A stretch of 64,000 bases of DNA from Histomonas meleagridis 2922-C6/04-290x (lineage: Eukaryota; Protista; Parabasalia), in assembly GCA_020184695.1 (NCBI GenBank), contig JAANOX010000029.1, positions 124,001 through 188,000 of the forward strand, written 5' to 3'. Below the pieces are notes generated by a model that made no database searches, was not told the origin of the DNA, and saw only the letters and a list, made by a program, of their open reading frames with translations. A program made the translations under genes and the position numbers. Every line of letters starts with the position of its first letter. Within the stretch, counting starts at the first letter, position 1. Of this stretch, positions 21,440 to 31,725 are shown one piece after another.

Positions 21440-21984
21440 TTCTTCACTTCACCAGAATATTGATCAGATATAAAAATTTATATAAAAAATATTTTCAAAA
21501 AATAATCAAATATTTTCAAAAAATAAAATAATATATTTTTATCCACATATAAATAAAGACCAGTTCCACTTCATATAAAAAGTTGGATTTTCATGAATGT
21601 TGGAGAAGTCGTTTTTTTTTTATGTATTTTCACTTTTTCTCAAAAATTTCAATAAAAATGATACAAGATAATAGTTTAAAAAAAAATAAATATATCTAAT
21701 AAATAAAGAAAAAATCACTTCACATTAGTTTTTTCACTTCACCAAAATTTCAATCATTCATAAAAATCCATGCAAAAAATATTTTTATTTAACAATCACA
21801 TTTTTTTAAATAATAAATCATATATTTTTATTCATAAATAAATAAAGACCACCGCCACTTTATATAAAAAGTTGCACTCGATTTATTATCGACTAAGTTG
21901 ATTTTTTCATATATTTTCACTTTTTCTCAAAATTTTTAATGAAAATGATAAAGGATAATAGTTTAGAAAATAAACACATCTAAT
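21440..21984. repeat. Diverged ~290-bp non-coding tandem duplication
   Basis: Shared blocks: TTCACTTCACCA (21443/21733), AAATAAAGACCA (21551/21840), TATTTTCACTTTTTCTCAAAA (21625/21912), GATAATAGTTTA and ATCTAAT. Offsets are 287-290 bp. Confidence 0.8.
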
Positions 21985-22450
21985 ATGCAACATTACTATA
22001 TAGGAAATAATCCAAAATTCCAGAAAAAGTATGGTCGAAATCAGATCGAATTTCGAAAGATTGTACAGTCGAAATTTCGAAAAGAGGGTATTTTTGTAAT
22101 CTCCTCCCAATGCTATCCTTAACATAAACATAGATATCACTTTGTGATTTGCCATTGGAACCTGAAAAGAAACAATCTCCAACATGTGGTCTGTTCATCC
22201 AGTGAAAAAAAGTTATAGCTGATCCTTCAGAACCAAATCTATTATTATAAAATTGACAGTGATGATATTGTGCCAAGGCAGATTTTTCAGGCCATTCCCA
22301 AAATTCACCAAAATTAAGAGCATAAGTATTTTTGATTATAACAAATTTCAATATTGGTACTGTGAACTCGAAACGCACGCCGGCAATGCAATTTTGGGCT
22401 TCACAATAATTCAGGTTTGTAAAGAGTTCTCTTTTTCTGTTTCCAAGCAT
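21980..22450 (-). pseudogene. Fragment of a beta-helix (pectin-lyase/Pmp-like) surface protein
   Basis: YHHCQFYNN..GSAITFF..VGDCFFSGS..DIYV resembles the parallel beta-helix pattern. There is no signal peptide or TM, and the ORF ends at the edge of the duplication. Confidence 0.35.
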
Positions 22451-22793
22451 TGAATTAATTTCAAAATGATTTCTAAAATAACATATTGTTATAATAATTT
22501 TATATAAAGTTTCAACCGACCATACTCACACGAAGGCATTTGCTTTCAACGATATTAATTTAAAAAATGCACTAATTTGATTAAAATTAGTCATTGCCCA
22601 AAATTTGCCAAACCTCAAAAAAGCGCAAATTTTACTTTTGTTTTAATTTTCATGAGTTTAAGGACGTAAACCAGTTTTTAGTATCGAATTTAAACAATTT
22701 CTTTAATTTGCAAATACACAAAACGACCGTTTATTGATCATAAAAATTTGAGAAAGTTTGTTCGGAAATGGTTTCAAATGTTATTTGGTCGCA

Positions 22794-23939
22794 ATGGAAT
22801 TAACAGTTGAGCCACAAGCCAACGAGTCCATCATCCAAAGCATCGCACGGATATACAGTGAGCGAAGGCTCGGCTTGAACGATATAGCCAAAAACAAATG
22901 GGTCAACAAAAATATGTCGAAGCCAATATCTGAACCTCCGCAGCATACGTTCATCCTCCTGATCGGGGACCACTCCACCGGGAAGTCGAGTTTCATCAAC
23001 TGGTACTATCAGAAGGAGATCCAAAATGTTTCAGTTTCGATCGAAACCTCTTCGATCACGTTCATCACATCAGGCGCATACGACTCCACACTCGATGGCC
23101 AGTCCACAGTTGACAAGTTTCGCATATTACGCAAAATCAAAGATATTCAAAATTATCAAAATCACATCAAAACAGAGATATGCCTTCCACGATGCCAACG
23201 CCCGTCACTTGTTACCCTCATTGACACTCCCGGACTTATTCCTGACCGAAGTCGGCTGAATTTTGATCTCGAAGATATCTTAATTTCGTTGTCGGACTAC
23301 GCGCAGCTGATACTCTGCTTCATGGACTCGTCGAGCCAAGCGTTTTCTCCACATCTTCAAAGTTATCTCCAAAAGATACAGAAATTTCATCGCCGGAAAC
23401 TTCGGTTCTTTCTCTCCAAAGCGAACACTATCATTAACAGCGTTGGACGAAGTCGAATTGTGGCATCGATCGCGCAGCAGTTAAGTAATTTAATAACGAC
23501 GTCGATTGAAGTTAAGTCGTTTTATATACCGAATAACAATGAAAATATCGAAGAAGGTAATGAAATTAATTACATTGTTAATATAATTAATAACGCAAAT
23601 GATGAAATGGTAATGGAAGCAATCGATAAGTTACAAGAAGACGTACGGAATGTAACAATTGCATCGGAGAAAGCTCTTGAATGTATCGATGTAATGCGAA
23701 GAAGACAAATGTATTTGTTGATGATGTTTTTGATATTGTTTGTGTTGTATGTGTTGTCGTATAAAGTAAAGGGAATGTTCAGGAAGTGGAGGACGAAGCT
23801 GCCAATGACGATGATATGCGTTATGTTATGCGTGCTGACTTTGATGATGCCGAAGAATGAAGAGAAGAAACAAATTTTGGAATTTATGAAACTGAAATCG
23901 AAACAAATCCGAATGGAAATTAACCATTTTTATAATTAA
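22794..23939 (+). CDS. EHD/sarcalumenin-like dynamin-superfamily NTPase with two C-terminal TM segments
   Basis: G1 GDHSTGKSS, G3 DTPG, G4 SKAN. Hydrophobic segments MYLLMMFLILFVLYVLSY and LPMTMICVMLCVLTLMM. Confidence 0.7.
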   Translation: MELTVEPQANESIIQSIARIYSERRLGLNDIAKNKWVNKNMSKPISEPPQHTFILLIGDHSTGKSSFINWYYQKEIQNVSVSIETSSITFITSGAYDSTLDGQSTVDKFRILRKIKDIQNYQNHIKTEICLPRCQRPSLVTLIDTPGLIPDRSRLNFDLEDILISLSDYAQLILCFMDSSSQAFSPHLQSYLQKIQKFHRRKLRFFLSKANTIINSVGRSRIVASIAQQLSNLITTSIEVKSFYIPNNNENIEEGNEINYIVNIINNANDEMVMEAIDKLQEDVRNVTIASEKALECIDVMRRRQMYLLMMFLILFVLYVLSYKVKGMFRKWRTKLPMTMICVMLCVLTLMMPKNEEKKQILEFMKLKSKQIRMEINHFYN

Positions 23940-24365
23940 ATTTGTTTGTAGTTATTTGTTTTGCGTTTTCGTTATTAATCATTTTTACAATTTAATTTGT
24001 TTGTAGTTATTTGTTTTCGTTATTAAACATTTTTACAATTTAATTTGTTTGTAGTTATTTGTTTTCGTTATTAAACATTTTTACAATTTAATTTGTTTGT
24101 AGTTATTTGTTTTCGTTATTAAACATTTTTACAATTTAATTTGTTTGTAGTTATTTGTTTTCGTTATTAATCATTTTTACAATTTAATTTGTTTGTAGTT
24201 ATTTGTTTTCGTTATTAATCATTTTTACAATTTAATTTGTTTGTAGTTATTTGTTTTCGTTATTAAACATTTTTACAATTTAATTTGTTTGTAGTTATTT
24301 GTTTTCGTTATTAATCATTTTTACAATTTAATTTGTTTGTAGTTATTTGTTTTCGTTATTAAACA
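23919..24365. repeat. 48-bp tandem array, 9 units
   Basis: Unit ATTAA(A/T)CATTTTTACAATTTAATTTGTTTGTAGTTATTTGTTTTCGTT. Starts at 23919 (diverged, +7 bp), 23974, 24022, 24070, 24118, 24166, 24214, 24262 and 24310, with a partial unit at 24358. Confidence 0.97.
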
Positions 24366-27116
24366 AATGTAATTGAATGTCTTCATAAATGTTTCGAGTG
24401 TTTCTTGATCGGATACATATTGGTGTATAAATGTCATTGGTTCGTTATGTTTACTTGTTTCATTTTGTATTATTTCATAACATTTAATTAGAATTGGTAA
24501 CATTTGCTGAGAAAAATGTAACGAAAGTAATTTTATGGATAAGCCAACGAAAAATGTTTTGTTGTTTGGATTATTTTCATAATATGAAAGAACAAATTCA
24601 AATATTTGTGGATTTGTACAATTATATATATAAGGTAATATAATGTTAAAGAATTCTTCTGCTGAAATTATTTGGATATTGTTTTGGATGATAATTAAAA
24701 TTAATATAATGTTATTTAATGTTTTAGTTTTAATATTTTGTTGAAGTTTTTTAATGATTAATGGAAATATTATATCGATTGGTAACAATTTACAATTTAT
24801 TTGAAGAATTTTTTTAATGATTTTTAATGATTGTTTTGTGTTTATATTATTTTGTAATGAATCAATTGAATATTTGATAATAAAATTAATTTGTTCATTA
24901 TCCATTAAATTCATTATATTATATAATAATTTTAATGAATATTTTCTGATGAATTTAATTGAACAATTTAAATAATTACAAAAATTGTTAATTAAAATTA
25001 TTGTTATTTCATTATCAATTAAATTTAACTTAAAATATCTTCGAATTGTATTTAACATTTCATTTTTGTCTTGACTATATTCATTCATAATTTGTTTTAA
25101 TAATTTCATTATAACATTTGATTGATATGTCGAATTATTATTATATTTATATAATAAATTTATTATATCAATATAAATAATTTGAAGGTTTTCATCAACT
25201 ATTTCGATATTTATGTTAATATCATTGATAATTTCATTAAAAATTGTAATTTCTTTATATTCTTCAAAAACATTTAAAGTTAATTCTAATGAAGATAAAA
25301 TGAAAATTGTTGAATTTATGTTATGTTTTTTAAATATATTTATATAGAAATATGATAAAATTGGAATTAATTCTTTTGATTTATATGAATGGAATATTAA
25401 TGATAATGAATTTATTGCATATTCTTCATTAACTTCATTATTACATTGTTCAATAATTAAATTAATGTTTTGTTGAATGAAATCTTTTATTTCATTTTTG
25501 TAAACTATTGATATAATACCAAAGAAGTAACAAATTTGTCCAATTATTTCGATATCATTTTCATTTTTAATTATCTCAAATATCATTGGAATATATTCTT
25601 GAAATTGTTTAGGAAATTTTAAAACAAATGAAGTAATTAAACAATAACTATAAGATCTAATATTTGTATCATTATTCGTTAAATGTAAAATTATTATTTG
25701 AAATATATCCGAATAATTTTCGAGTTGAATTTTCTCGATTAATACTTCGATAATTCGTAATGATATCAAAACTTCGGAATTAATTCCATTTCTTAAATAT
25801 GTAAATATAATCATTTTAATGTTATTATATATATCTATAGATATTTCATCTGAAAAAATGATAACATTCGATAAAAAATCGCCAATAATTTGTATGTAAT
25901 TATGTAATGTTTGAAATGCATTTATTGATATATTAAAAAGAAATTCCGAATTTTTACAAATCGATTTCGATATAAATTGATATATTTCATTAAAACATTC
26001 TAATGCGAATATGAAAACTTTGGAATTATTCATTAATAAACATTGTGAAAATAATTGAACAAATTCATCAAAATCGCCATAAACAATTACAAATGAAGAA
26101 AGTAAAGTGAAATATGTAAATTTATAATATATTATTTCATTATTTGTTAATAAATATTTTAATTTATTAAAACAAATTATTTTACTTTCTTCAAATGGAA
26201 TTTTCCGTAATATATATACAAAGAAATCAATTGATTGTATTGGTTCATCTACTTCAAATGAATATATTTTAATACATAACTCAATAAATACATCGAATAT
26301 ATATAATAAATCTGTTGATTCAATGTTCGTTTCTGTTATTCGTTCATTGATATAATCAATAAATATAAGAATTTGTGTATTTGTTAAATTTAATGTTTTT
26401 AAATTTAGTATTATTTCGGAAATTGGACAAAATATTTCAATAACATCAATTTGTGTAACTTTGAAATATTTAATAACTTTAAGAAATAATAAAATTTGTA
26501 GATAATCTGTATCTGGTAAAAAAAGTTTTTCGAATATATTTCGAATTTGTGCAGTATATGTAATAAGAATATCAATGGATTTATGTATTGGATATGAAAG
26601 TGCTAATAAACAAAAAGAAGAAATTTGTGTTTTGATTTCATTAGATTCAATTCCGATATGAATTTTATTAAGGATGATTTCTAATGGAATATGATGATTA
26701 TGTGATGAGTATTTGGAAAATAATGTAAAATAATGGCTAGTTAATTTGTCTGAATTTTTCAAATAATTTTCAATTTCTAAAATAGGGTCATGGTAATTGG
26801 ATAAAATTAAGGATAAAATGTCAATGGTAATTGTTGACCCAATTTCTCCTTTTAATATCTCTAAAAGATGATGAGAAAGATAAATTATTTGATTAACATC
26901 AAAACTTGAAATTGAAATCGTAATACATTTTTCAAGCCCTAATAAAATGCCTTTTTTAACAAATTCGTTTTCAGTTTGAAAAAAAGCTGTAATTAGAGAT
27001 GGAATATTATTTGGATTTTGTACAATCATAACAAATTTATCAGATATCTCTGTTATCCACTCTTGATTGCTTGAAGAAAGCTTTGTATATAAGTCGATTA
27101 TTATTTTTGGTTCCAT
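24321..27116 (-). CDS. HEAT/ARM repeat protein, importin-beta (karyopherin)-like
   Basis: 931-aa helical protein. N-terminus NPNNIPSLITAFFQTENEFVKKGILLGLEKCI resembles an IBN_N domain; the sequence is very Ile/Asn-rich. Confidence 0.6.
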   Translation of the reverse strand: MEPKIIIDLYTKLSSSNQEWITEISDKFVMIVQNPNNIPSLITAFFQTENEFVKKGILLGLEKCITISISSFDVNQIIYLSHHLLEILKGEIGSTITIDILSLILSNYHDPILEIENYLKNSDKLTSHYFTLFSKYSSHNHHIPLEIILNKIHIGIESNEIKTQISSFCLLALSYPIHKSIDILITYTAQIRNIFEKLFLPDTDYLQILLFLKVIKYFKVTQIDVIEIFCPISEIILNLKTLNLTNTQILIFIDYINERITETNIESTDLLYIFDVFIELCIKIYSFEVDEPIQSIDFFVYILRKIPFEESKIICFNKLKYLLTNNEIIYYKFTYFTLLSSFVIVYGDFDEFVQLFSQCLLMNNSKVFIFALECFNEIYQFISKSICKNSEFLFNISINAFQTLHNYIQIIGDFLSNVIIFSDEISIDIYNNIKMIIFTYLRNGINSEVLISLRIIEVLIEKIQLENYSDIFQIIILHLTNNDTNIRSYSYCLITSFVLKFPKQFQEYIPMIFEIIKNENDIEIIGQICYFFGIISIVYKNEIKDFIQQNINLIIEQCNNEVNEEYAINSLSLIFHSYKSKELIPILSYFYINIFKKHNINSTIFILSSLELTLNVFEEYKEITIFNEIINDININIEIVDENLQIIYIDIINLLYKYNNNSTYQSNVIMKLLKQIMNEYSQDKNEMLNTIRRYFKLNLIDNEITIILINNFCNYLNCSIKFIRKYSLKLLYNIMNLMDNEQINFIIKYSIDSLQNNINTKQSLKIIKKILQINCKLLPIDIIFPLIIKKLQQNIKTKTLNNIILILIIIQNNIQIISAEEFFNIILPYIYNCTNPQIFEFVLSYYENNPNNKTFFVGLSIKLLSLHFSQQMLPILIKCYEIIQNETSKHNEPMTFIHQYVSDQETLETFMKTFNYICLITKTNNYKQIKL

Positions 27117-27263
27117 AAAACAAAATCAATTTATACATCAAAGATTGATGTAATTAAAACCGAATTTTGCGTTGAATTTTGATAAGATTCGGTTTATTAT
27201 GTACATTTAAATTTGATGGGAGTAAAATGACATCTAAAAAATGCCAAAAAAAAATTGGATTTA

Positions 27264-27899
27264 ATGGTTCAAATTAAGCATTCTCTTTTCAATAGAAAAT
27301 ATTCTGCTGTTTTAGGAGCTGCTGGATTAGCTTTTATACTCGCTTTGCTTTCACTTTTTTCATCGAAGGAATCAATCAGAATCATTGGAATTACTGTTCT
27401 AGTTGGTAATGTTTATGGAATTATTAATGATATGTTTGCATGTTGAGAATGCATTGAATATTTTACAGTTCGACATTTTTATGATGGACAAAATCTCGAA
27501 AATAGACTTTTAAGAACTTTAAATCCAACACTAAATGCAATTGCATGGGGTATTGTTGCTACCTGGCATGTATGTGCTTATGCTGGATCAGTTTTAGCCT
27601 TTTTTGCCAGAAAGAATATGAGATGGTTTACTACTCAAATCACATCAACACAATTATTACCATATTTAGCATTAAGCGCATTAGTTGCGATAGTAATATC
27701 ACATTTTGTAAGTCGTATTTTCCGTAAATCTGTTGAAAAAAATCCACAAAGAATATATTATAATGTTCCGCTTGAATTGCAAGCGCGTTGGATTGCATGT
27801 GAATCTCGTAATACAACAGGCTATATATCAATTTTTGTTTGTTTAATAATCCTTTGTGTGCTTATGATATTATCAAGAAAAGGAATTTTTGTTCTATAA
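27264..27899 (+). pseudogene. Multi-pass membrane protein (211 codons) with one in-frame TGA
   Basis: Track ORFs 27255-27446 and 27618-27899 are in the same frame. The only stop between them is TGA 27444-27446: YGIINDMFAC*ECIEYFTVRH...PTLNAIAWGIVATWHV. Confidence 0.85.
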
Positions 27900-28413
27900 A
27901 TTTTGTATCGAAAAAGATTTTATTTTATGTTTTTGATCTGTGTACGTGCTTAATTACGTAATTTATTTTGTAGAATAACAAATGTCTGAGAATTTAATTA
28001 TAAATGAGAAAATATATGTTTTGTATGATCTATCCTTGAAAGAAAAATTATAATTATATTTAATTTCTAATATCACAAAAATGAAATCATTCTCTTAAAT
28101 ATGATGATTTGAGTACTTAAATGTTAATTTCCTTAATAAACATGAAAATGATAAAATTTAGTCCATTTTTTATAAATAGATGAGCAAAAAATGATTGGAA
28201 ACTTCATTTTATTGTATATGATGCATCACGCTTCTGAGTTGTAGCGGTTAGTTAAATACGATAAAAAACAGGCAGGCCGAAAAAGCACGTTAATTTTATG
28301 TATGTGCTTCCTTTTCTGTTCCTGCAAAACCCGATAACACTTTTGTTAAGATACACAGAAATTTTCTACTGTGCATGGCGATACTTTAACGTGCTCGGTC
28401 ATACGCGATCAGA

Positions 28414-30330
28414 ATGTCCAAATATATTTCTCATTCATACAAAAACATTAAATCAGGTCTATTTCAAGGAAAAAATTTGCCCCATATAGAAGATTTCATG
28501 TTATCCCATGTTAAAAATTTCATAAATTTTCTCTTTTCAAAATATTTGAACATCATACATTTTATTTCTTCTTTCATACAAATAAACATCAATATTCCAC
28601 TATCTTTTAATAAATCAACTCTTTTAACAAACATGTCACACCAAAAAATCATGGATGTTAGATTCTTTGCGAAACAAAACTATTTTTCATTTAATTTTAT
28701 GAACATTTTTGAATATTTCAAGTTAATCTTTTGTATTATCTTTAATTTTTTATATAATAATATTTTAATTCTATTATTTTTTATTAAATTATTTCATTAT
28801 TATTTCAATAAAACGAATAAAAGTTATAAAATTAATTATAAAATTATTTCATTTTTATTTATTCTCTTTTTTATTGAAACTCATGAAACATTTGATTCAG
28901 ATACGCAAACTTTAATTATTAATAATTCTAGTGAATATTCAAATAGAAAAACATATAAAGAACAAGTGAAACATATTATCATTAATGAAGGTATTTCTGA
29001 GATAGAATCTAATGCTTTTTATCAATGGGAAACAATAATTTCAATTAAACTTTATTCATCAATTACAATTATTGGAAGTTCTGCATTTTTATCATGTCGT
29101 AATTTAGTAACAGTTCATCTTAATGAAAATTTAGAAACAATTAATAAATCAGCATTTCGATCATGTTCATCATTAACAAATATTATTATTCCAAATTCAG
29201 TTACAACGATTGGATCTTATGGATTTGAATCATGTTCCGATTTAATTACTATTAATATATCAGAAAATTTAGTACGAATTTGTGATTATACATTTCAATA
29301 TTGTTCATCATTAACAAATATTACAATTCCAAATTCAGTTACAACGATTGGAAGTTCTGCATTTTTATCATGTAGTAATTTAGTCACAGTTATTATTGGC
29401 GAAAATGTAACAACGATTGGGGATAATGCATTTTGTTCATGTCAAAAACTTAACTGTATTTATTACGAAGGTATTACATCACCAACATACATAAGTTCAA
29501 ATGCATTTTCTGATATTTTAACGAAATATGTTATGACATCATATTTATATCAAAACGCGACATTTGGAACTCTTAATGTTTCACATAAAATGCTTTCAGA
29601 ATGTGATATATATTTATGGTCAACACTTACATTTACTAGAAGTGATACATTTTCAAATACATTTACTCAATCAAATACATTTACAGGAAGTAATACATAT
29701 TCAAATACATTTACAGGAAGTAATACATTTACTCAATCCAACACATTTACCAATTCAAACAAATTTACTAAATCCAATACATTAACTCAATCTAATACAT
29801 TCACTAATTCAAATATATTTACTAATTCAAATATATTTACTCAATCCAATGAATTTACAAATTCGTTATTTCCAAGTATTTCAATTTCATTTTCATTAAT
29901 TAATTTTTATTCTGTTACGCAAACATTTATTGTTAACACATACTTATCGAACACATTAATAAATACATATATTGAAACAAGTTATACCTTTACGCATTCA
30001 CAAGTCATCTATTATAATTATACAATTTATCAATACACTTCACAGTATAATATTTACACCAGATTTTACACAATTATTGTGGAAAGCGAGATCAATAATG
30101 CAAAAACTATTCCAACAAATGTATTAATTGGTATAATATGCGGTGCAATTATAATTGTTCTTTTGATTATTGGAATTGTTGTTTTTGTTGTTAAAAAAGC
30201 TAATAATCAAAATTTAGTTACAAAATCAGGAAAATCTTTTTCATCAAATGATGATAATAAAGATCAAACTGAATACGTTGGCGGTGATTTCAAAGAATAT
30301 ATTGATAAAGATAATGATCAATGGATATAA
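28414..30330 (+). CDS. BspA-like (TpLRR) type I surface protein, copy 3
   Basis: TpLRR repeats (IPNSVTTIGSYGFESCSDL), FTQSNT stalk, TM VLIGIICGAIIIVLLIIGIVVFVV, tail ending DNDQWI. Confidence 0.9.
   Translation: MSKYISHSYKNIKSGLFQGKNLPHIEDFMLSHVKNFINFLFSKYLNIIHFISSFIQININIPLSFNKSTLLTNMSHQKIMDVRFFAKQNYFSFNFMNIFEYFKLIFCIIFNFLYNNILILLFFIKLFHYYFNKTNKSYKINYKIISFLFILFFIETHETFDSDTQTLIINNSSEYSNRKTYKEQVKHIIINEGISEIESNAFYQWETIISIKLYSSITIIGSSAFLSCRNLVTVHLNENLETINKSAFRSCSSLTNIIIPNSVTTIGSYGFESCSDLITINISENLVRICDYTFQYCSSLTNITIPNSVTTIGSSAFLSCSNLVTVIIGENVTTIGDNAFCSCQKLNCIYYEGITSPTYISSNAFSDILTKYVMTSYLYQNATFGTLNVSHKMLSECDIYLWSTLTFTRSDTFSNTFTQSNTFTGSNTYSNTFTGSNTFTQSNTFTNSNKFTKSNTLTQSNTFTNSNIFTNSNIFTQSNEFTNSLFPSISISFSLINFYSVTQTFIVNTYLSNTLINTYIETSYTFTHSQVIYYNYTIYQYTSQYNIYTRFYTIIVESEINNAKTIPTNVLIGIICGAIIIVLLIIGIVVFVVKKANNQNLVTKSGKSFSSNDDNKDQTEYVGGDFKEYIDKDNDQWI
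29632..29865 (+). repeat. Coding FTxSNT repeat (about 11 hexapeptides plus 2 tetrapeptides)
   Basis: FTRSDT FSNT FTQSNT FTGSNT YSNT ... FTQSNE. Confidence 0.85.
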
Positions 30331-30654
30331 TAATTCATAGTGAATATGAATATCTATACTTTTAAAACAAAAATATTGAAAATTTAAATAAAAACTTTAT
30401 AAAAAATAATCGTTTTTCTTTTGGTTGTTTAGTTTGATCATGTTTATATGCGTTTTTATTTTCATTAATTTCTTATTTTAATACTTTTTTCGAATAAATT
30501 TTCATTTTAATTCATATTGTTATGAGATTTCTTTAATATATAAAAAAATCTGATGAACTTTTATATTATAATTTTGATTTTTTTTTAACTTAAGGATTTC
30601 AACCGTTTTGTCTGACAACAATTGACTAGGTTTGTTAGATTACTATTAACAAAA

Positions 30655-31308
30655 ATGGTTCTAGAATGGAACATTTTCCGTTACTTAGCAGACTTTTCCC
30701 ATTTAATATCAGTTTGCATCCTTTTGTATAAAATGATTTCTAAACGAACTTGTAATGGCGTTTCACTTAAAACACATATTCTTTATTTAATCGTATTCGC
30801 AACAAGGTATATCAACCAGTACTTCTTTTACCCACCTTTTTACAACATTTTCTTCAAAATATTTTACATATTTTCAGAAGCATTAATTGTTATTTTAATG
30901 CTCACAAAGTTATCTAGAACATATGAAAAAAGGCATGATACATTTCGCATAATTTTTATCATTGTTATTTGTATTCCTTTTTCTTTAATTTCAATGCCTA
31001 GAAAATCATTCGAAAGTTTCCTACATACTTTTTCCCTATGGGTAGAAAGCTTTGCCATTTTCCCACAATTGCTTTTACTTAAAAGGTCCTTCAAACTTGA
31101 TGTTATCAACCTTGAATACATTTTCTTCCTTGGCATTTACCGATTGTTCTATCTTTTGAATTGGATCTATAAAGTTGCCTCAGACACTGGATCAACACCT
31201 AAGGTTGTTTGGATTACAGGAATTTTACAAACACTTATTTATAGTGATTTTATTTATCAATATTTGAAGATGAAAATCACCGGAACTGATGTTGATTTGC
31301 CTCTTTAG
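30655..31308 (+). CDS. ERD2: ER lumen protein-retaining (KDEL) receptor
   Basis: NIFRYLADFSHL, GVSLKTHILYLIVFATRY, FSLWVESFAIFPQL, YRLFYLLNWIY, GILQTLIYSDFIYQY. Confidence 0.95.
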   Translation: MVLEWNIFRYLADFSHLISVCILLYKMISKRTCNGVSLKTHILYLIVFATRYINQYFFYPPFYNIFFKIFYIFSEALIVILMLTKLSRTYEKRHDTFRIIFIIVICIPFSLISMPRKSFESFLHTFSLWVESFAIFPQLLLLKRSFKLDVINLEYIFFLGIYRLFYLLNWIYKVASDTGSTPKVVWITGILQTLIYSDFIYQYLKMKITGTDVDLPL

Positions 31309-31725
31309 AAAGGAACTCCTAAACGATCATATCATTTTTAAATAATTTTCTACTTTGTTAATGTGTTTTTTATTCTTTATCTTCCATCTTTCAAACGACC
31401 GTTATATCATTGCATGTTAAACTACAAACGGTCTACAAATAAAGTATTCTAATTTCCATCGAACGACCGTTTAATACTTTGATCTTTTAATGCTTAAATT
31501 TGCAAATTCAATGAATGTTCATCTTCAATGAGATATTGAACAACACGGGTATATTCAGATGCTTAGATATGTATTGAAATCTTTATTTTGGGAATATATA
31601 TTCATCTGTAGATGCTTACTAATTTTTAAACATGTTAAAGTTTTTATAGTTGTTTTCCAATCTCATGTGAAACGATTCAAATTTGTTGTTTTGGGTTCTT
31701 TTACTTCTTACAATATTAAGTAATT

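Noticed and set aside
23919-24365. 48-bp array as a CRISPR array
   Set aside because: Units are contiguous with no unique spacers, there are no cas genes, and the context is eukaryotic.
27444-27446. TGA reassigned as a sense codon genome-wide
   Set aside because: TGA cleanly ends conserved genes here (Rab, VPS9 protein, BspA copy 1, Ubc13, Rho).
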